Source: Candidatus Spongiisociaceae bacterium (GTDB lineage Bacteria > Actinomycetota > Acidimicrobiia > Spongiisociales > Spongiisociaceae). Taken from it: a DNA stretch of 64,000 bases. This document shows positions 40,494 to 50,611 of this stretch, in pieces. Position 1 is the first letter of the stretch; every line of letters starts with the position of its first letter. The DNA is taken from contig CBDCOH010000002.1 of the NCBI GenBank assembly GCA_965219685.1, positions 928,001 to 992,000 of the forward strand, written 5' to 3'. Under the pieces are notes generated by a model that was given only the letters and a program-made list of their open reading frames with translations, was not told the origin of the DNA and did no database searches. A program made the position numbers and the translations under genes.

Positions 40494-41162
40494 CTAAATC
40501 CCGGCCAGTTGTTCCTTCGGTAGGCGGCGGAAACGCCGGTTCTCGCGGTCGCGTTCCAGCAGGGCTCCCTCCCAACCGCCGACATTCCGTTCCTCGACGT
40601 GCCGGTAGGCATCGGCCGCCATCCTGAGGGCCACGTCGACCGTGGGGGTGTCGTCGTAGCGCTCGCCCAACTTGTCGGACAGGGCATCCGACTTGCCGCC
40701 GATGGCCGTGTAACCCCGTTTGTCGTACAGGGTGCCGTCGTAGGTGACTTTGAAGAGCCGATCCTCGGATACCGTGTGCCCGACCTCGGCGAGGAGTATC
40801 TCGACTTCGAAGGGTTTGGGCCCCTGGACGAAGATGTTGCCGAGGGTCTGGGAGAAGGCCGACGCCAGGCTCTTGGCGGTGACGTCGTCCCGGCCGTACT
40901 GGTAACCCTTGACGTCCGCGTACCGGATGCCCGCAACCCGCAACGACTCGAACTCATTGTACTTGCCAACCCCCGCGAAGGCGATGCGATCGTAGATCTC
41001 GGAGATCTTCGTGAGGGTTCGGCTCGGGTTCTCGGCCAGGATCAGCACGCCTTCCTGGGTTTCGAGCGCCACGATGGAACGTCCCCGGGCGATGCCCTTG
41101 CGGGCGTACTCGGCCCGGTCCTTCACCAGTTGCTCGGGAGGCACGTAGAACGGAAGCGTCAA
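40494..41162 (-). CDS. prcA: Proteasome alpha subunit
   Basis: PFYVPPEQLVKDRAEYARKGIARGRS and KISEIYDRIAF. Confidence 0.97.
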   Translation of the reverse strand: MTLPFYVPPEQLVKDRAEYARKGIARGRSIVALETQEGVLILAENPSRTLTKISEIYDRIAFAGVGKYNEFESLRVAGIRYADVKGYQYGRDDVTAKSLASAFSQTLGNIFVQGPKPFEVEILLAEVGHTVSEDRLFKVTYDGTLYDKRGYTAIGGKSDALSDKLGERYDDTPTVDVALRMAADAYRHVEERNVGGWEGALLERDRENRRFRRLPKEQLAGI

Positions 41163-41950
41163 CTGACCACCTCCAATGCTCGTTCCGCGGCTGCGGCCAC
41201 GACGGCCTCGTCGACGTCGTTGAACCCGTCGGCGGTGACGGTCACGACGTTCGGGTAGATGCCCCGCCGGATGTCGGGGCCGCCCGTGGCCAGATCCTGT
41301 CCGGCTGCGGCGACCAGGGCCTGCACGGCATGGTCGATGGCAGCTGCCTGGTCGGAGTCGGGTCGGTAGACGGTCCGCAGGTACGCTCTCGCCTCCCGGC
41401 TTCCCGACCCGGCCGTGCCGTACTCACGCTCCTCGTAGCGACCCCCCACCGCATCGAAGGTGAATACGTGGCCTCCCGCCGTGCGAGGCTCGACGCCGCA
41501 GAAGAGCGGCACCACCACGAAACCCTGCAGGGCCAGAGGAAGCTGGGTGCGCACCATGCGCGCCAGGTAGTTCGCTTTCCCGTCGAGGCTGAGACGGACT
41601 CCCTCCAGCTTCTCGTAGTGTTCCAGTTCGGTCTGGAAGAGCCTGACCATCTCGGAGGCCAGGCCGGCCGTGCCCGAAATCGCCACGGCCGAGTACTCGT
41701 CCGCGGCGAAGACCTTCTGCACGTGGCGGTGCGCCACGTCGTAGCCGGCGGTGGCCTGGCGGTCGCCGACCATCACCACTCCCCCGTCGAAACGCAGGGC
41801 CAGCACCGTGGTCGCTTCGGGAGCCGCGAGCCCGGGCCGGGAGATTCCCGGGGGTACTGACCAGTCCGGGGCCATGTCGAGGGACCGGATCAGTTCGGTG
41901 AAGCTGTGACCCGGCAGCGCGGCGTCGAGAGGGACCATCGACGGGGTCAC
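41159..41950 (-). CDS. prcB: Proteasome beta subunit
   Basis: Propeptide then ATTVLAL (catalytic Thr), GDRQAT, ELEHYEKLEG and GSGS. Confidence 0.96.
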   Translation of the reverse strand: MTPSMVPLDAALPGHSFTELIRSLDMAPDWSVPPGISRPGLAAPEATTVLALRFDGGVVMVGDRQATAGYDVAHRHVQKVFAADEYSAVAISGTAGLASEMVRLFQTELEHYEKLEGVRLSLDGKANYLARMVRTQLPLALQGFVVVPLFCGVEPRTAGGHVFTFDAVGGRYEEREYGTAGSGSREARAYLRTVYRPDSDQAAAIDHAVQALVAAAGQDLATGGPDIRRGIYPNVVTVTADGFNDVDEAVVAAAAERALEVVS

Positions 41951-42138
41951 TCGCCGCCCTTCTGGACGTAGTTCTTCACGAACTCCTCGGCGTTCTCCTC
42001 AAGAACGGAATCGATCTCGTCCAGCAGGTCGTCGATCTTGCTGACGGCCGCACTCTCCGCGACCCTGGGTACCGGCGCCGGGCCGCCCGACGGGTCTCGA
42101 GGTCTGCGTTCCCTCTGCTGACGTTCCTGAGCCATCAT
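41947..42138 (-). CDS. pup: Prokaryotic ubiquitin-like protein Pup (ends GGE)
   Basis: DDLLDEIDSVLEENAEEFVKNYVQKGGE; RBS AGGAGG before ATG 42138/42135. Confidence 0.96.
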   Translation of the reverse strand: MMAQERQQRERRPRDPSGGPAPVPRVAESAAVSKIDDLLDEIDSVLEENAEEFVKNYVQKGGE

Positions 42139-42228
42139 CTTCCTCCTACGACGAGCCCGGCATCCCATGTGCCTGTCGCTCCGGCCAGACGGGTACTCCC
42201 ATACGACGTTCTCGAGCCCTGCAACATC

Positions 42229-43707
42229 TCAACTGCCTCCCAGAGCGCCGAGCAGGTCGGTGGCCTCCGAGGACGCGTCGAGTAGTTCCCCTACCAAGTC
42301 CTTGCTACCGCGGAGCGGCTCCATCATAGGCACCCTCTTGAGCGGTTCCTCCCCCACGTCGAACACCAGCGAGTCCCAGTTAGCCGCTACCAGCGACTCC
42401 GAGAACCGCTCCACGCACCTCCCCCTGAAATAGGCCCTGGTCTCCGGAGGCGGAACCGCGGTGGCACGGTCCAGTTCCGCATCGGTGAACAGGCGCCTGA
42501 GCAGCCCGCGCTCCTCGAGACGGTAGGCCAAGCCTCGCCGCCGGTCGGTGTCGTGGTACTGGAGAGCAGCCATGGCCAGCTTCGGGTCGGTCCAGTCGAG
42601 GTCGTCCCGGCGGCGGAAGCCCTCCAGCATGCGTAGCTTGGCCGACCAGTCGAGCCGGTCCGACGTGCGCGTGAAGTCCGACTCGAGGTCCTCGAGGATC
42701 CGGCCCCACTCCCGGACGACGTCTCCCCACACCGGTTCGGGGAGTTGCTGCTCCGCATACTTCGAGAGCCACTCGTAGTAGCGGAACTGCAGGTCGAGAG
42801 CCGTCGCCGATGAGCCGTCGGCCAGCGGCAGGGGCCGGTGGAGAGACAGGTCGTGGCTCGATCGCCAGGTCGCCTCGACAGGGTCGGCCAGTTGCAAGGG
42901 GTCCGGGATGGCCCGGTCCTCGATCGCGGCCAGCAACAGGGCGGTGGTACCGAGCTTCACGAAGGTCTGGACCTCAGACATGTTGGCGTCACCGATGATC
43001 ACATGGAAGCGCCGGTACTTGGTCGGTTCGCCGTGGGGCTCGTCCCTCGTGTTGATGATGGGCCGCTTCAGGGTCGTCTCGAGCCCGACCTCCTCCTCGA
43101 AGAAGTCTGCTCTCTGGCTGATCTGGTAACGCACGCCGGGCCGGCCGTTCTCGGACCCGAGCTTGCCCGAGCCGGTGAAGATCTGGCGCGTGACCAGCCA
43201 GGTCGTGGCGTAGTGGATGAGGTCGGCGAAGGGGAGTGCCCGGGACAGCAGGTAGTTCTCGTGGTAGCCGTAGGAGTTGCCCTTCCCATCGCTGTTGTTC
43301 TTGTGGATGTAGAGGCGCTCCGAGGGGCGGAGAATCCGGTACACCGCGGCCGAGGCCGCCTCCAGCACCCGCTCCCCCGCCTTGTCGTAGAGGGTCGCCT
43401 GCAGCGGGTCGGCGCACTCGGGACTGGAATACTCGGGATGGGCATGGTCGACGTAGAAGCGAGCCCCGTTGGAGAGTACGACGTTCACCAGACCCGTGTC
43501 GGCCTCGGCGAGCCCGAAGGTCTCGTGCCCGAAACCGCGGGCGTCCCGCCCTGGGGTCTCCTCGTCGAACGACCACTGGACCCGAACCCGGCCTCCCTGG
43601 TAGGAGTTCACCACCAGCGAGGAGGCGATCGTCGGGTTGAAGTCCGGCTGGTTCCGAACCGTGATCCCGTACTCGGTCTCCGTGCCTATGACGGTCGGGA
43701 TGGCCAT
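42229..43707 (-). CDS. dop: Pup deamidase/depupylase Dop
   Basis: [39 protein letters not shown] and AANWDS. Confidence 0.96.
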   Translation of the reverse strand: MAIPTVIGTETEYGITVRNQPDFNPTIASSLVVNSYQGGRVRVQWSFDEETPGRDARGFGHETFGLAEADTGLVNVVLSNGARFYVDHAHPEYSSPECADPLQATLYDKAGERVLEAASAAVYRILRPSERLYIHKNNSDGKGNSYGYHENYLLSRALPFADLIHYATTWLVTRQIFTGSGKLGSENGRPGVRYQISQRADFFEEEVGLETTLKRPIINTRDEPHGEPTKYRRFHVIIGDANMSEVQTFVKLGTTALLLAAIEDRAIPDPLQLADPVEATWRSSHDLSLHRPLPLADGSSATALDLQFRYYEWLSKYAEQQLPEPVWGDVVREWGRILEDLESDFTRTSDRLDWSAKLRMLEGFRRRDDLDWTDPKLAMAALQYHDTDRRRGLAYRLEERGLLRRLFTDAELDRATAVPPPETRAYFRGRCVERFSESLVAANWDSLVFDVGEEPLKRVPMMEPLRGSKDLVGELLDASSEATDLLGALGGS

Positions 43708-43813
43708 GCCTAAGGGACTGCCGGGCGTTTCACCGGCGCGACGCCGGTCTGCGACCCGCGTCGATCGGGGTCGGTGACTGGTCGGTGGGTATCGTCATCC
43801 GCTCAGCGCATCC

Positions 43814-45553
43814 CTACAGGTACTGGCCGGTGCCGACCGCCTCGATGGTCCTCGACTCGTCCTCGCCCTCGATCAGGGTGCGCACGTAGACGATCCGTTC
43901 CCCCTTCTTGCCCGATATCTTCGCCCAGTCGTCGGGGTTCGTGGTGTTGGGCAGGTCCTCGTGCTCGCGGAACTCCTGCTTGATACCCACGAGGAGATCG
44001 GCCAGCTTTATCCCGCCGGACGATCCGGCGATCCGGCGCTTGATGGCGGCCTTCTTGGCCCTGCGCACGATGTTCTCGATCATGGCGCCGGACGAGAAGT
44101 CCCGGAAGTAGAGGACCTCCCGGTCCCCGTTCTGGTAGGTGACCTCGAGGAAGCGGTTCTCGTCGCTGCCGGCGTACATGATGGCCACCACCTCCCGGAC
44201 CATCCGGTCCACGAGGACGCGCGGATCACCGTCCACCGCCGCGAGCGCTTCCTCGTCGAAGGGCAGGTCGGGGTCCAGGTAGATGCGGAAGATCTGCCGG
44301 GCCGCCACGGCGTCCGGGCGGGCGATCTTGATCTTGACATCGAGACGCCCCGGTCGCAGGATGGCCGGGTCGATCAGGTCCTCCCGGTTGGAGGCGCCGA
44401 TGACGATCACGTTCCTGAGCAGCTCCACCCCGTCCAGTTCGGAAAGGAGCTGGGGAACGATGGTGGACTCCACATCGGAGGAGATTCCGCTGCCCCTCGT
44501 TCGGAACAGCGAGTCCATCTCGTCGAAGAAGACGATCACCGGCACGCCCTCGTCGGCCTTCTCCTTGGCGCGCTGGAAGATCAACCGGATCTGGCGCTCG
44601 GTCTCCCCCACGTACTTGTTCAGCAGTTCGGGGCCCTTGATGTTCAGGAAGTAGGAGCGGGCGTCGTCGTGGCCGGACCGGCGCGCCACCGCCTCCGCCA
44701 AGCTGTTGGCCACGGCCTTCGCGATCAGGGTCTTGCCGCATCCCGGCGGTCCGTACAGCAGCACTCCCTTCGGGGCCACCAGGCCGTACTCCTCGAACAG
44801 GTCCCGGTAGACGTACGGGAGCTCCACGGCGTCCCTGATCGCCTCGATCTGGTCGCGGAGGCCTCCTACCTGGTCGTAGGTGACGTCGGGCACCTCCTCG
44901 AGTACCAGTTCCTCGACCTCGGGCCGGATGAGCTTCTCGTAGGCGAGACCGTTGCGGGAATCGATGCGGATGTGGTCACCGGCCCGCAGGTGCACGCCGC
45001 GGAGGGGACCTGCCAGTTCCACCACCCGCTCCTCGTCGGCGTGCGCCAGCACTAGGAGGCGTTCGTCGCCCAGAACCTCCTTGATGGAAACGACCTGGCC
45101 GAGACGGTCGAAGTCCCGCACCTCCACGATGTTCATGGAGTCGTTCACCAGCACCTGCTGGCCTCTCTGCAGTTGCTTGATCTCGATGGAGGGCTGAGCG
45201 TTGACCCGCATCTTGCGCCCTCCGCTCATCACGTCCACGGTGCTGTCGCTGTTGACGGCCATCACGGTGGCGAACGGGTTGGGGGCGGTCGTGAGCTTCT
45301 CCACCTCCTCGCGGAGCATGGCCAGCTGCTCCCGCGCCTCCTCGAGAACCGCGCTGAGCTTCTCGTTCTTCTGAGCGGCCTGGACCAGCTGCCCCTTGGT
45401 CTCGGCGAGGCGCGCCTCGAGCATCCGAACCCTGCGGGGGGCGTCCTGGAGACGCCGGCGGAGGACCGACACCTCCTCTTCGAGGGCGTGAACGGTCCCG
45501 CGCAGCGCGCCCAACTGGCGTTCGTAGTCGTATCGTTCCCGTCTGTCAGGCAT
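43814..45553 (-). CDS. arc: Proteasome AAA ATPase ARC/Mpa
   Basis: N-terminal coiled coil, [20 protein letters not shown] and C-terminal GQYL. Confidence 0.97.
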   Translation of the reverse strand: MPDRRERYDYERQLGALRGTVHALEEEVSVLRRRLQDAPRRVRMLEARLAETKGQLVQAAQKNEKLSAVLEEAREQLAMLREEVEKLTTAPNPFATVMAVNSDSTVDVMSGGRKMRVNAQPSIEIKQLQRGQQVLVNDSMNIVEVRDFDRLGQVVSIKEVLGDERLLVLAHADEERVVELAGPLRGVHLRAGDHIRIDSRNGLAYEKLIRPEVEELVLEEVPDVTYDQVGGLRDQIEAIRDAVELPYVYRDLFEEYGLVAPKGVLLYGPPGCGKTLIAKAVANSLAEAVARRSGHDDARSYFLNIKGPELLNKYVGETERQIRLIFQRAKEKADEGVPVIVFFDEMDSLFRTRGSGISSDVESTIVPQLLSELDGVELLRNVIVIGASNREDLIDPAILRPGRLDVKIKIARPDAVAARQIFRIYLDPDLPFDEEALAAVDGDPRVLVDRMVREVVAIMYAGSDENRFLEVTYQNGDREVLYFRDFSSGAMIENIVRRAKKAAIKRRIAGSSGGIKLADLLVGIKQEFREHEDLPNTTNPDDWAKISGKKGERIVYVRTLIEGEDESRTIEAVGTGQYL

Positions 45554-45656
45554 GCCACCGCCCGGTTGCGACTGACCGCAGTATACGGGTGTCGCGGAGT
45601 TGGAAGTGGCGTTCCGAATCGTGGCGGACCGGACGGCCGGATCGGGTTGCTTACGG

Positions 45657-46448
45657 TCAGGCCGGCTGTATGAGGCGACCCACGGTCACGAACCCGGTGT
45701 GGCCCACCATCCCGTGGTCCGGCCGGACCGAGCGGCCTGTCACGTTCCAGGTTCGGAGGAGCACTTCGAACGTCTCCACATCCAGGAACCGTCCGGTGGC
45801 GCGGAGAGCCTCCCGGAGCTGCTGGACCTGGGGAACCGTGGGAACGTAACTGCACACGATGCCGCCCGTGCGGAGGGTTCCGGTGGCGGCCGGGATCACC
45901 TCCCACGGCTCTGGGATGTCGAGCAGTAGCCGGTCGTGTTCCTCTTCGGCGACCGCCTCGAGGACGTTGCCGACCCTCAGCTCGAGCCGGTCCGGCACCC
46001 GGCCGAACTGCCGGACGATGGCGCCTTTCCCGTGGGCGGCGTGGTCCTGCCTCACCTCGCACGAGATGACCCGCCCGGTGGGTCCAACTGCTCTGGTGAC
46101 GGCCATGGTCATTGCACCCGATCCGGTGCCGGCCTCGATCACGGTCAGCCCCGGGTGGATGTCGGCGTACATGAGGATGGCGCCCAGGTCCTTCGGATAG
46201 ACGACCTGGGGTCCCCTGCGCATCTTCAGGATGTAGTCCCCCAGCCGGGGCCGCAGGGCGACGAGGGGCGCCCCCTTGGAGGAGACGAACCGGGACCCGT
46301 CCGGGCTTCCGATGATGTCGGAATGGGGGAGGTTCCCGAGGTGGAACTGGAACACGCCGGTGCTCCGCAGATGCAGCAGGTACTTGCGTCGCCGACCGTC
46401 GATGAGCATGGCCGGTTCGCCCTCCTGGAACGGTCGCCCCGCTACCAC
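45657..46448 (-). CDS. trmI: tRNA (adenine(58)-N1)-methyltransferase
   Basis: [26 protein letters not shown] and [12 protein letters not shown]. Confidence 0.93.
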   Translation of the reverse strand: MVAGRPFQEGEPAMLIDGRRRKYLLHLRSTGVFQFHLGNLPHSDIIGSPDGSRFVSSKGAPLVALRPRLGDYILKMRRGPQVVYPKDLGAILMYADIHPGLTVIEAGTGSGAMTMAVTRAVGPTGRVISCEVRQDHAAHGKGAIVRQFGRVPDRLELRVGNVLEAVAEEEHDRLLLDIPEPWEVIPAATGTLRTGGIVCSYVPTVPQVQQLREALRATGRFLDVETFEVLLRTWNVTGRSVRPDHGMVGHTGFVTVGRLIQPA

Positions 46449-46597
46449 GGGCTCAGGTCAACCCGATCGACAGCACTCCTGCCAGCAACGTGAGGATCAT
46501 GCCGGCCACGGTCACCCAGACCACCACCTGCACCCATCTCGGCGTCCTTCTCATAGGCATCCACTCTAGGAGGAAGCCGAGCGCTAGCCTACGCGGC

Positions 46598-46792
46598 ATG
46601 GGTTACGGGTTCGGTCGGATCGGGAAGGGGGCGGGCTACCTGCTGCGCGGGCTCCGTGACGGCAGGATGTCGCTGGTCGCCCTCGGATGCCTCATGATCG
46701 TGCGCTCCCTGGTGTCACGCCGGGGTCGGAGCGGGAAGGTGACCGAGTTCCGTCTCGACCGAGGCAGCCGCGTGGAGCTTCGCGTCAAGTAG
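46598..46792 (+). CDS. Small hypothetical protein (64 aa)
   Basis: TAGCCT 7 nt upstream of the ATG; short hydrophobic segment then a basic beta-like tail. Confidence 0.5.
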   Translation: MGYGFGRIGKGAGYLLRGLRDGRMSLVALGCLMIVRSLVSRRGRSGKVTEFRLDRGSRVELRVK

Positions 46793-46885
46793 GTGGGTCC
46801 CCCAGCTCCTGCTTTGTGAGCTCCCCCCGGAGCGACGGAAACTCGGACAGTGTCTCCGGAGAACGGCAACCGATCGAACTAAGGC

Positions 46886-46942
46886 CAGCTAGCGAATCGC
46901 TAACTATCGACTACCAACTAGCAACTAGCAACTAGCAACTAG
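46886..46942. repeat. Heptamer array (minus strand TAGTTGC x3 plus degenerate TAGTTGG/TAGTCGA/TAGTTAG)
   Basis: Read directly; the first unit supplies the stop codon of 46939-47130. Confidence 0.8.
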
Positions 46943-47130
46943 AGCCGGTGGATCTCGATCCGGGCGCCCTTGCTCCTTCCCCGTCTCCGACCCCTCAAGT
47001 AGGCGAGGACCAGCGCCGCTGCCACGCCGGCGGTGCCCATCGCGGCCTTCGAGCGGAGCGACTCGGCCGCTCCCAGGAGAGCCTCCTCGAGTTCGCTTGC
47101 CTTGGCCTCGATGTCGTCGCGGTCGATCAT
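46939..47130 (-). CDS. Small hypothetical membrane-anchored protein
   Basis: IDRDDIEAK helix, one TM and a GRRRGR tail; ATGA overlap with the upstream gene. Confidence 0.6.
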   Translation of the reverse strand: MIDRDDIEAKASELEEALLGAAESLRSKAAMGTAGVAAALVLAYLRGRRRGRSKGARIEIHRL

Positions 47131-47432
47131 GGCAACACCCGTGAGCGCCCGGCGCCCCAGATGATCAGAGCGGCCAGTCCCAGTGCCGTAATGGCCGTCA
47201 AGGCGTAGGCCAGCACGCTCCAGAGGGGTGTGTCAGGAAGCAGGTCCATAAGCCACCGTAGCTCGGCCACCACCAGCAGTAGCCAGCCCACCGCGAACAG
47301 GACACCGGCCAGCAGGCTGAGACCGGCGTACCGGGCGGTGCGCCGGAGGGGCGCGACGGTTTCCTGTTCGAGGTACTGCTTCGACATCTCGAACAGTTCG
47401 GTGACCAGCTGGGATATCTCGGCTGTCTTCAT
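47127..47432 (-). CDS. Two-TM membrane protein (actinobacterial holin-X/YqjE-like)
   Basis: ELFEMSKQYLEQETVAPL amphipathic helix followed by two TM segments. Confidence 0.6.
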   Translation of the reverse strand: MKTAEISQLVTELFEMSKQYLEQETVAPLRRTARYAGLSLLAGVLFAVGWLLLVVAELRWLMDLLPDTPLWSVLAYALTAITALGLAALIIWGAGRSRVLP

Positions 47433-47503
47433 GGATCACCGTCGGGCCTTGCTTCCGGAGTCCGGATTCTAGGAGAGATCGGTAGGTGTGCAGCTAGATG
47501 ACA

Positions 47504-47576
47504 AGTTCCTAGTCAGTAGTCTGTAGTTTATAGTCGGTATTCGGCGTGTACCGCTAGACTAGATCAGTTACCATCC
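47504..47576. repeat. Dispersed ~72-bp intergenic element, copy 2
   Basis: Aligns by eye with 38925-38996. Confidence 0.7.
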
Positions 47577-47764
47577 TCAATAGCCCTGTTTGGGGCTCGC
47601 GGTTACGCCCGGGGGGCGATTCGTGAGAGTGGCTCGCCCGGGTCCGAGTCCAGGAACGGACGTGGCGGGTCGATAGCAAAACCGGACTGATCTGGCAGAT
47701 GCCGATCCCAACGGCGATCTGTGATCGTCGCCCGCCTGGCCGCTGGACCGCGGTAGCGGTTCGC

Positions 47765-49042
47765 TCACAGGTTGGGAACCGCGAATATCGCTCCGCCGAA
47801 CAGAACGGTTGCCACGAGCAGCGTCCAGAGGATGTTGACACACTGACCCGCCAGGAAGGCGATGGCGGGGCGGCCCTGGTCCATCGACACGAGGTCCCGG
47901 AAGCGGGTCTCGAGTCCGATGCAAAGGAAGGCGAGCGCGAACCACCATGTGCGCAGGCCTCTCAGGAGTGCGCCGGTGGAGGCGACGACCTCCTCACCGA
48001 GCACGAAGGAGAACAGCAGGGAGGCGACGATGAACCCGAGCACGAACTTGGGGAACCTCTCCCAGATCACCCGGGCAGTGGGTCTGGCGCCGGTCCCCGC
48101 CCCGGCGCGGAACGCCCACCAGAGCGAGATTGCGAACGCGGCCAGGCCCAGCAGGGCGTTCTGGGAGAACTTGACGATCACGGCTGCGTTCAGGGCCGAG
48201 TCGCCAAGGATCTCGCCGGCCGCCACGACCGCCCCCGAGGTGTCGATCGTGCCCCCGATCCAGGCTCCGCCCACGATCGGGGACATGCCGAGCCGTTCGA
48301 CCGCCCAGGGCATGAGAATCGTCATCGGGACCGCGACGATCAGCACCAGGGAGGTGACGTAGGAGAGCTTCTTGCGGTCGCCGGCGATGGCGCCGCAGGT
48401 GGCTATGGCCGCCGACACGCCGCAGATAGAAACCGCCGAGGCCAGCATGGTGGCGAACTCGTCGTCCACCCGCAGGCGTCTCGATATCCAGTAGCAGAAA
48501 TACCAGACGGCCAGGATCACCGCCAGCGCCTGGCCCACACCCAGCAGGCCGGCCTGGAGGATCTCGCCGAAGACGATGTTGGTGCCGAGGATCACCAGTC
48601 CGGCCTTGATGTAGTACTCGGTGCGGACCGCCTCCTGCAGCCAGGATGCGACGCCCGCCACGTTGGAGATGAGCAGCCCGATCACCAGGGCGACGATCAC
48701 GTAGCTGATCCCCCACTGCTTGAGGACCGCGTTGCCCGCGACGAGGCGGCTCGCCCAGGCGAGCGCGAACACCGCCGGGAAGCCGAGGAGATAGGCGTTC
48801 GCGTCGCTGCCCATCAGCCGGACACCGGCCGCTGACAACCCGAGCAGCAGGATCCCGGTGAGCAGGACGGCCGTCACGTTGCCCCAGGCGAGGGTCTGCC
48901 CGAATCCGGCGGTGCTCCAGGAGAACACCGGAATCGCCGGTCGCACGCCGACCAGTACCAGCAGGATGAGGGCCGCCCCCAGCCAGACGGCGGTCCAGTC
49001 CTCGGAACGCAGGCTGGTCGGCTTGGCCGGGTAGCTGTCCAT
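47765..49042 (-). CDS. YeiH / putative sulfate exporter family transporter
   Basis: SEDWTAVWLG, EYYIKAGLVILG, SICGVSAAIA, GGTIDTSGAV and FPKFVLGF. Start ATG 49042. Confidence 0.88.
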   Translation of the reverse strand: MDSYPAKPTSLRSEDWTAVWLGAALILLVLVGVRPAIPVFSWSTAGFGQTLAWGNVTAVLLTGILLLGLSAAGVRLMGSDANAYLLGFPAVFALAWASRLVAGNAVLKQWGISYVIVALVIGLLISNVAGVASWLQEAVRTEYYIKAGLVILGTNIVFGEILQAGLLGVGQALAVILAVWYFCYWISRRLRVDDEFATMLASAVSICGVSAAIATCGAIAGDRKKLSYVTSLVLIVAVPMTILMPWAVERLGMSPIVGGAWIGGTIDTSGAVVAAGEILGDSALNAAVIVKFSQNALLGLAAFAISLWWAFRAGAGTGARPTARVIWERFPKFVLGFIVASLLFSFVLGEEVVASTGALLRGLRTWWFALAFLCIGLETRFRDLVSMDQGRPAIAFLAGQCVNILWTLLVATVLFGGAIFAVPNL

Positions 49043-49580
49043 CGGGGTAAGTGTCCCACACCGGCGCCCGCGACTCCCGGCGCGGGCAGCTGAGGCTGGG
49101 ACTCGGGGCACAACCGGCCGGGGACGGGTCGTCTCCTCGTCTCCCCATGCGTCGGGTGCCGCAGGATCTCGACCGACATGGCCCGAGTGCCCGAGCGCTA
49201 CCGACCGGCGAGCATGAACGGCAGGACGGAAGCGCTGGGCGTCACCGCCGCCGGAACGCGAAAAGCGCCCGATCCTCTCCCCCGCGGCGGGCCCTCCCCC
49301 GACCACCACCTCCGAGGTTCGAAGCGCGCTCCCGTATCCCCGCCCGGGTCGGCTCGGACAACATGATCCCTGTCACGGTCCGGTCGGCGCCGGGAACGGA
49401 CCGGAGGTGCTTGCGGTCATCCACAGTGTGCGACACGGCTGTGACAGCGTCAACCCCTTCCTCCTACCGGATGTCGAGTTAGCAGGTGATGGCGACGCGC
49501 CGTAGCTGGATCGTCCATGCTGATCGTTCGGTCCCGGACTGACGAGCCCGGAGCGTCTCGAAGCTAGCCTTCTTCAGTCG

Positions 49581-50504
49581 ATGTCCTACCCTTCCGGCCG
49601 AACGGGCCGGTCCCCCAAATTCGCCACGGCTGCGGGAACGCGGAGAGGGCCGTTCGGTTGGGTCGAGTGGCTGTTACTCGCCGCGGTGGCTCTCATCTGG
49701 GGCTCTTCGTACCTCTTCATCGCGATCGGTCTCGAGTCGCTGGAGCCGTCGGTGATCACTTGGGGGCGGGTCGTGTTGGGGTCCGCGGTCCTGATGGGGC
49801 TCCCGGCCGCCCGCCGGCCTGTCGAGCGGGCCGATTGGGGAAGGATCGCGGCCCTCGGAATCGTGTGGAGCACCATCCCGTTCCTCTTGGGGCCCGTTTC
49901 CCAGCAGCACATCACCTCCGCGATGGCGGGGATGATCAACTCGCTGGTCCCCATCTGCAGCGCGGTCATCGCGGCCTTGCTGCTCCGGTCCCGCCCCCGC
50001 TTCCCTCTCGTGGTGGGGATCCTCCTCGGGTTCGTGGGAGCGATCGGACTGACGGTCCCGGCCCGAGGGGACTCGCCGGCGGTCAACTGGGGCGTACTGC
50101 TCGCCGTGGTCGCGGTGGTCTTCTACGCGCTGGCGCTCAACCTGGCCGTTCCCCTGCAACAGAAGTACGGGTCGCCGGCGGTGATCATGAGGGCGCTCGC
50201 CCTCGCCGCGGTCATGACCGCGCCGTTCGGGATCGCAGGTCTGGGAGACTCCGAGTGGAGCACCGGTCCGGTGCTGGCTGTGGTCGTGCTCGGAGTTCTC
50301 AACACGGGCGTCGCTTTCGCGTTGGTCACCCTGCTGGTCGGGAGGGTGGGGACCACGCGCGGGAGCGTGGCCGTCTACTTCCTGCCCGTCGTGGCCATGG
50401 TGCTGGGGGTGTTGCTGCGCGAAGAGACGGTTCTCCCCATCCAGGTGCTGGGTACGGGTGTGGTGCTGTTCGGAGCATTCCTGGCGAGCCGCTCGGAGTC
50501 GTGA
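49581..50504 (+). CDS. DMT/EamA family transporter, paralog 1
   Basis: IWGSSY, ten-TM pattern, RVGTTRGSVAVYFLP; 924 nt. Confidence 0.9.
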   Translation: MSYPSGRTGRSPKFATAAGTRRGPFGWVEWLLLAAVALIWGSSYLFIAIGLESLEPSVITWGRVVLGSAVLMGLPAARRPVERADWGRIAALGIVWSTIPFLLGPVSQQHITSAMAGMINSLVPICSAVIAALLLRSRPRFPLVVGILLGFVGAIGLTVPARGDSPAVNWGVLLAVVAVVFYALALNLAVPLQQKYGSPAVIMRALALAAVMTAPFGIAGLGDSEWSTGPVLAVVVLGVLNTGVAFALVTLLVGRVGTTRGSVAVYFLPVVAMVLGVLLREETVLPIQVLGTGVVLFGAFLASRSES

Positions 50505-50611
50505 CCGGGTCGACCGGAAGCGCCGGTTCGGCCTCGCCGGCGCGCGGACGAGGGGACGGGACGCTCCGGACGCGACGGGCATCGAGTACTGCGGCTACGC
50601 TCGTGCCTCTC

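Noticed and set aside
41947-43707. Pup ending in GGE while dop is retained
   Set aside because: Known situation in many actinobacteria; Dop also acts as a depupylase.
47127-47432. Holin-like gene as evidence of a prophage
   Set aside because: This small membrane family is commonly chromosomal; no endolysin or phage genes are nearby.
49537-49565. CTGACGAG...CGAA resembling a hammerhead ribozyme core
   Set aside because: No GAAA, and stem II does not pair convincingly.
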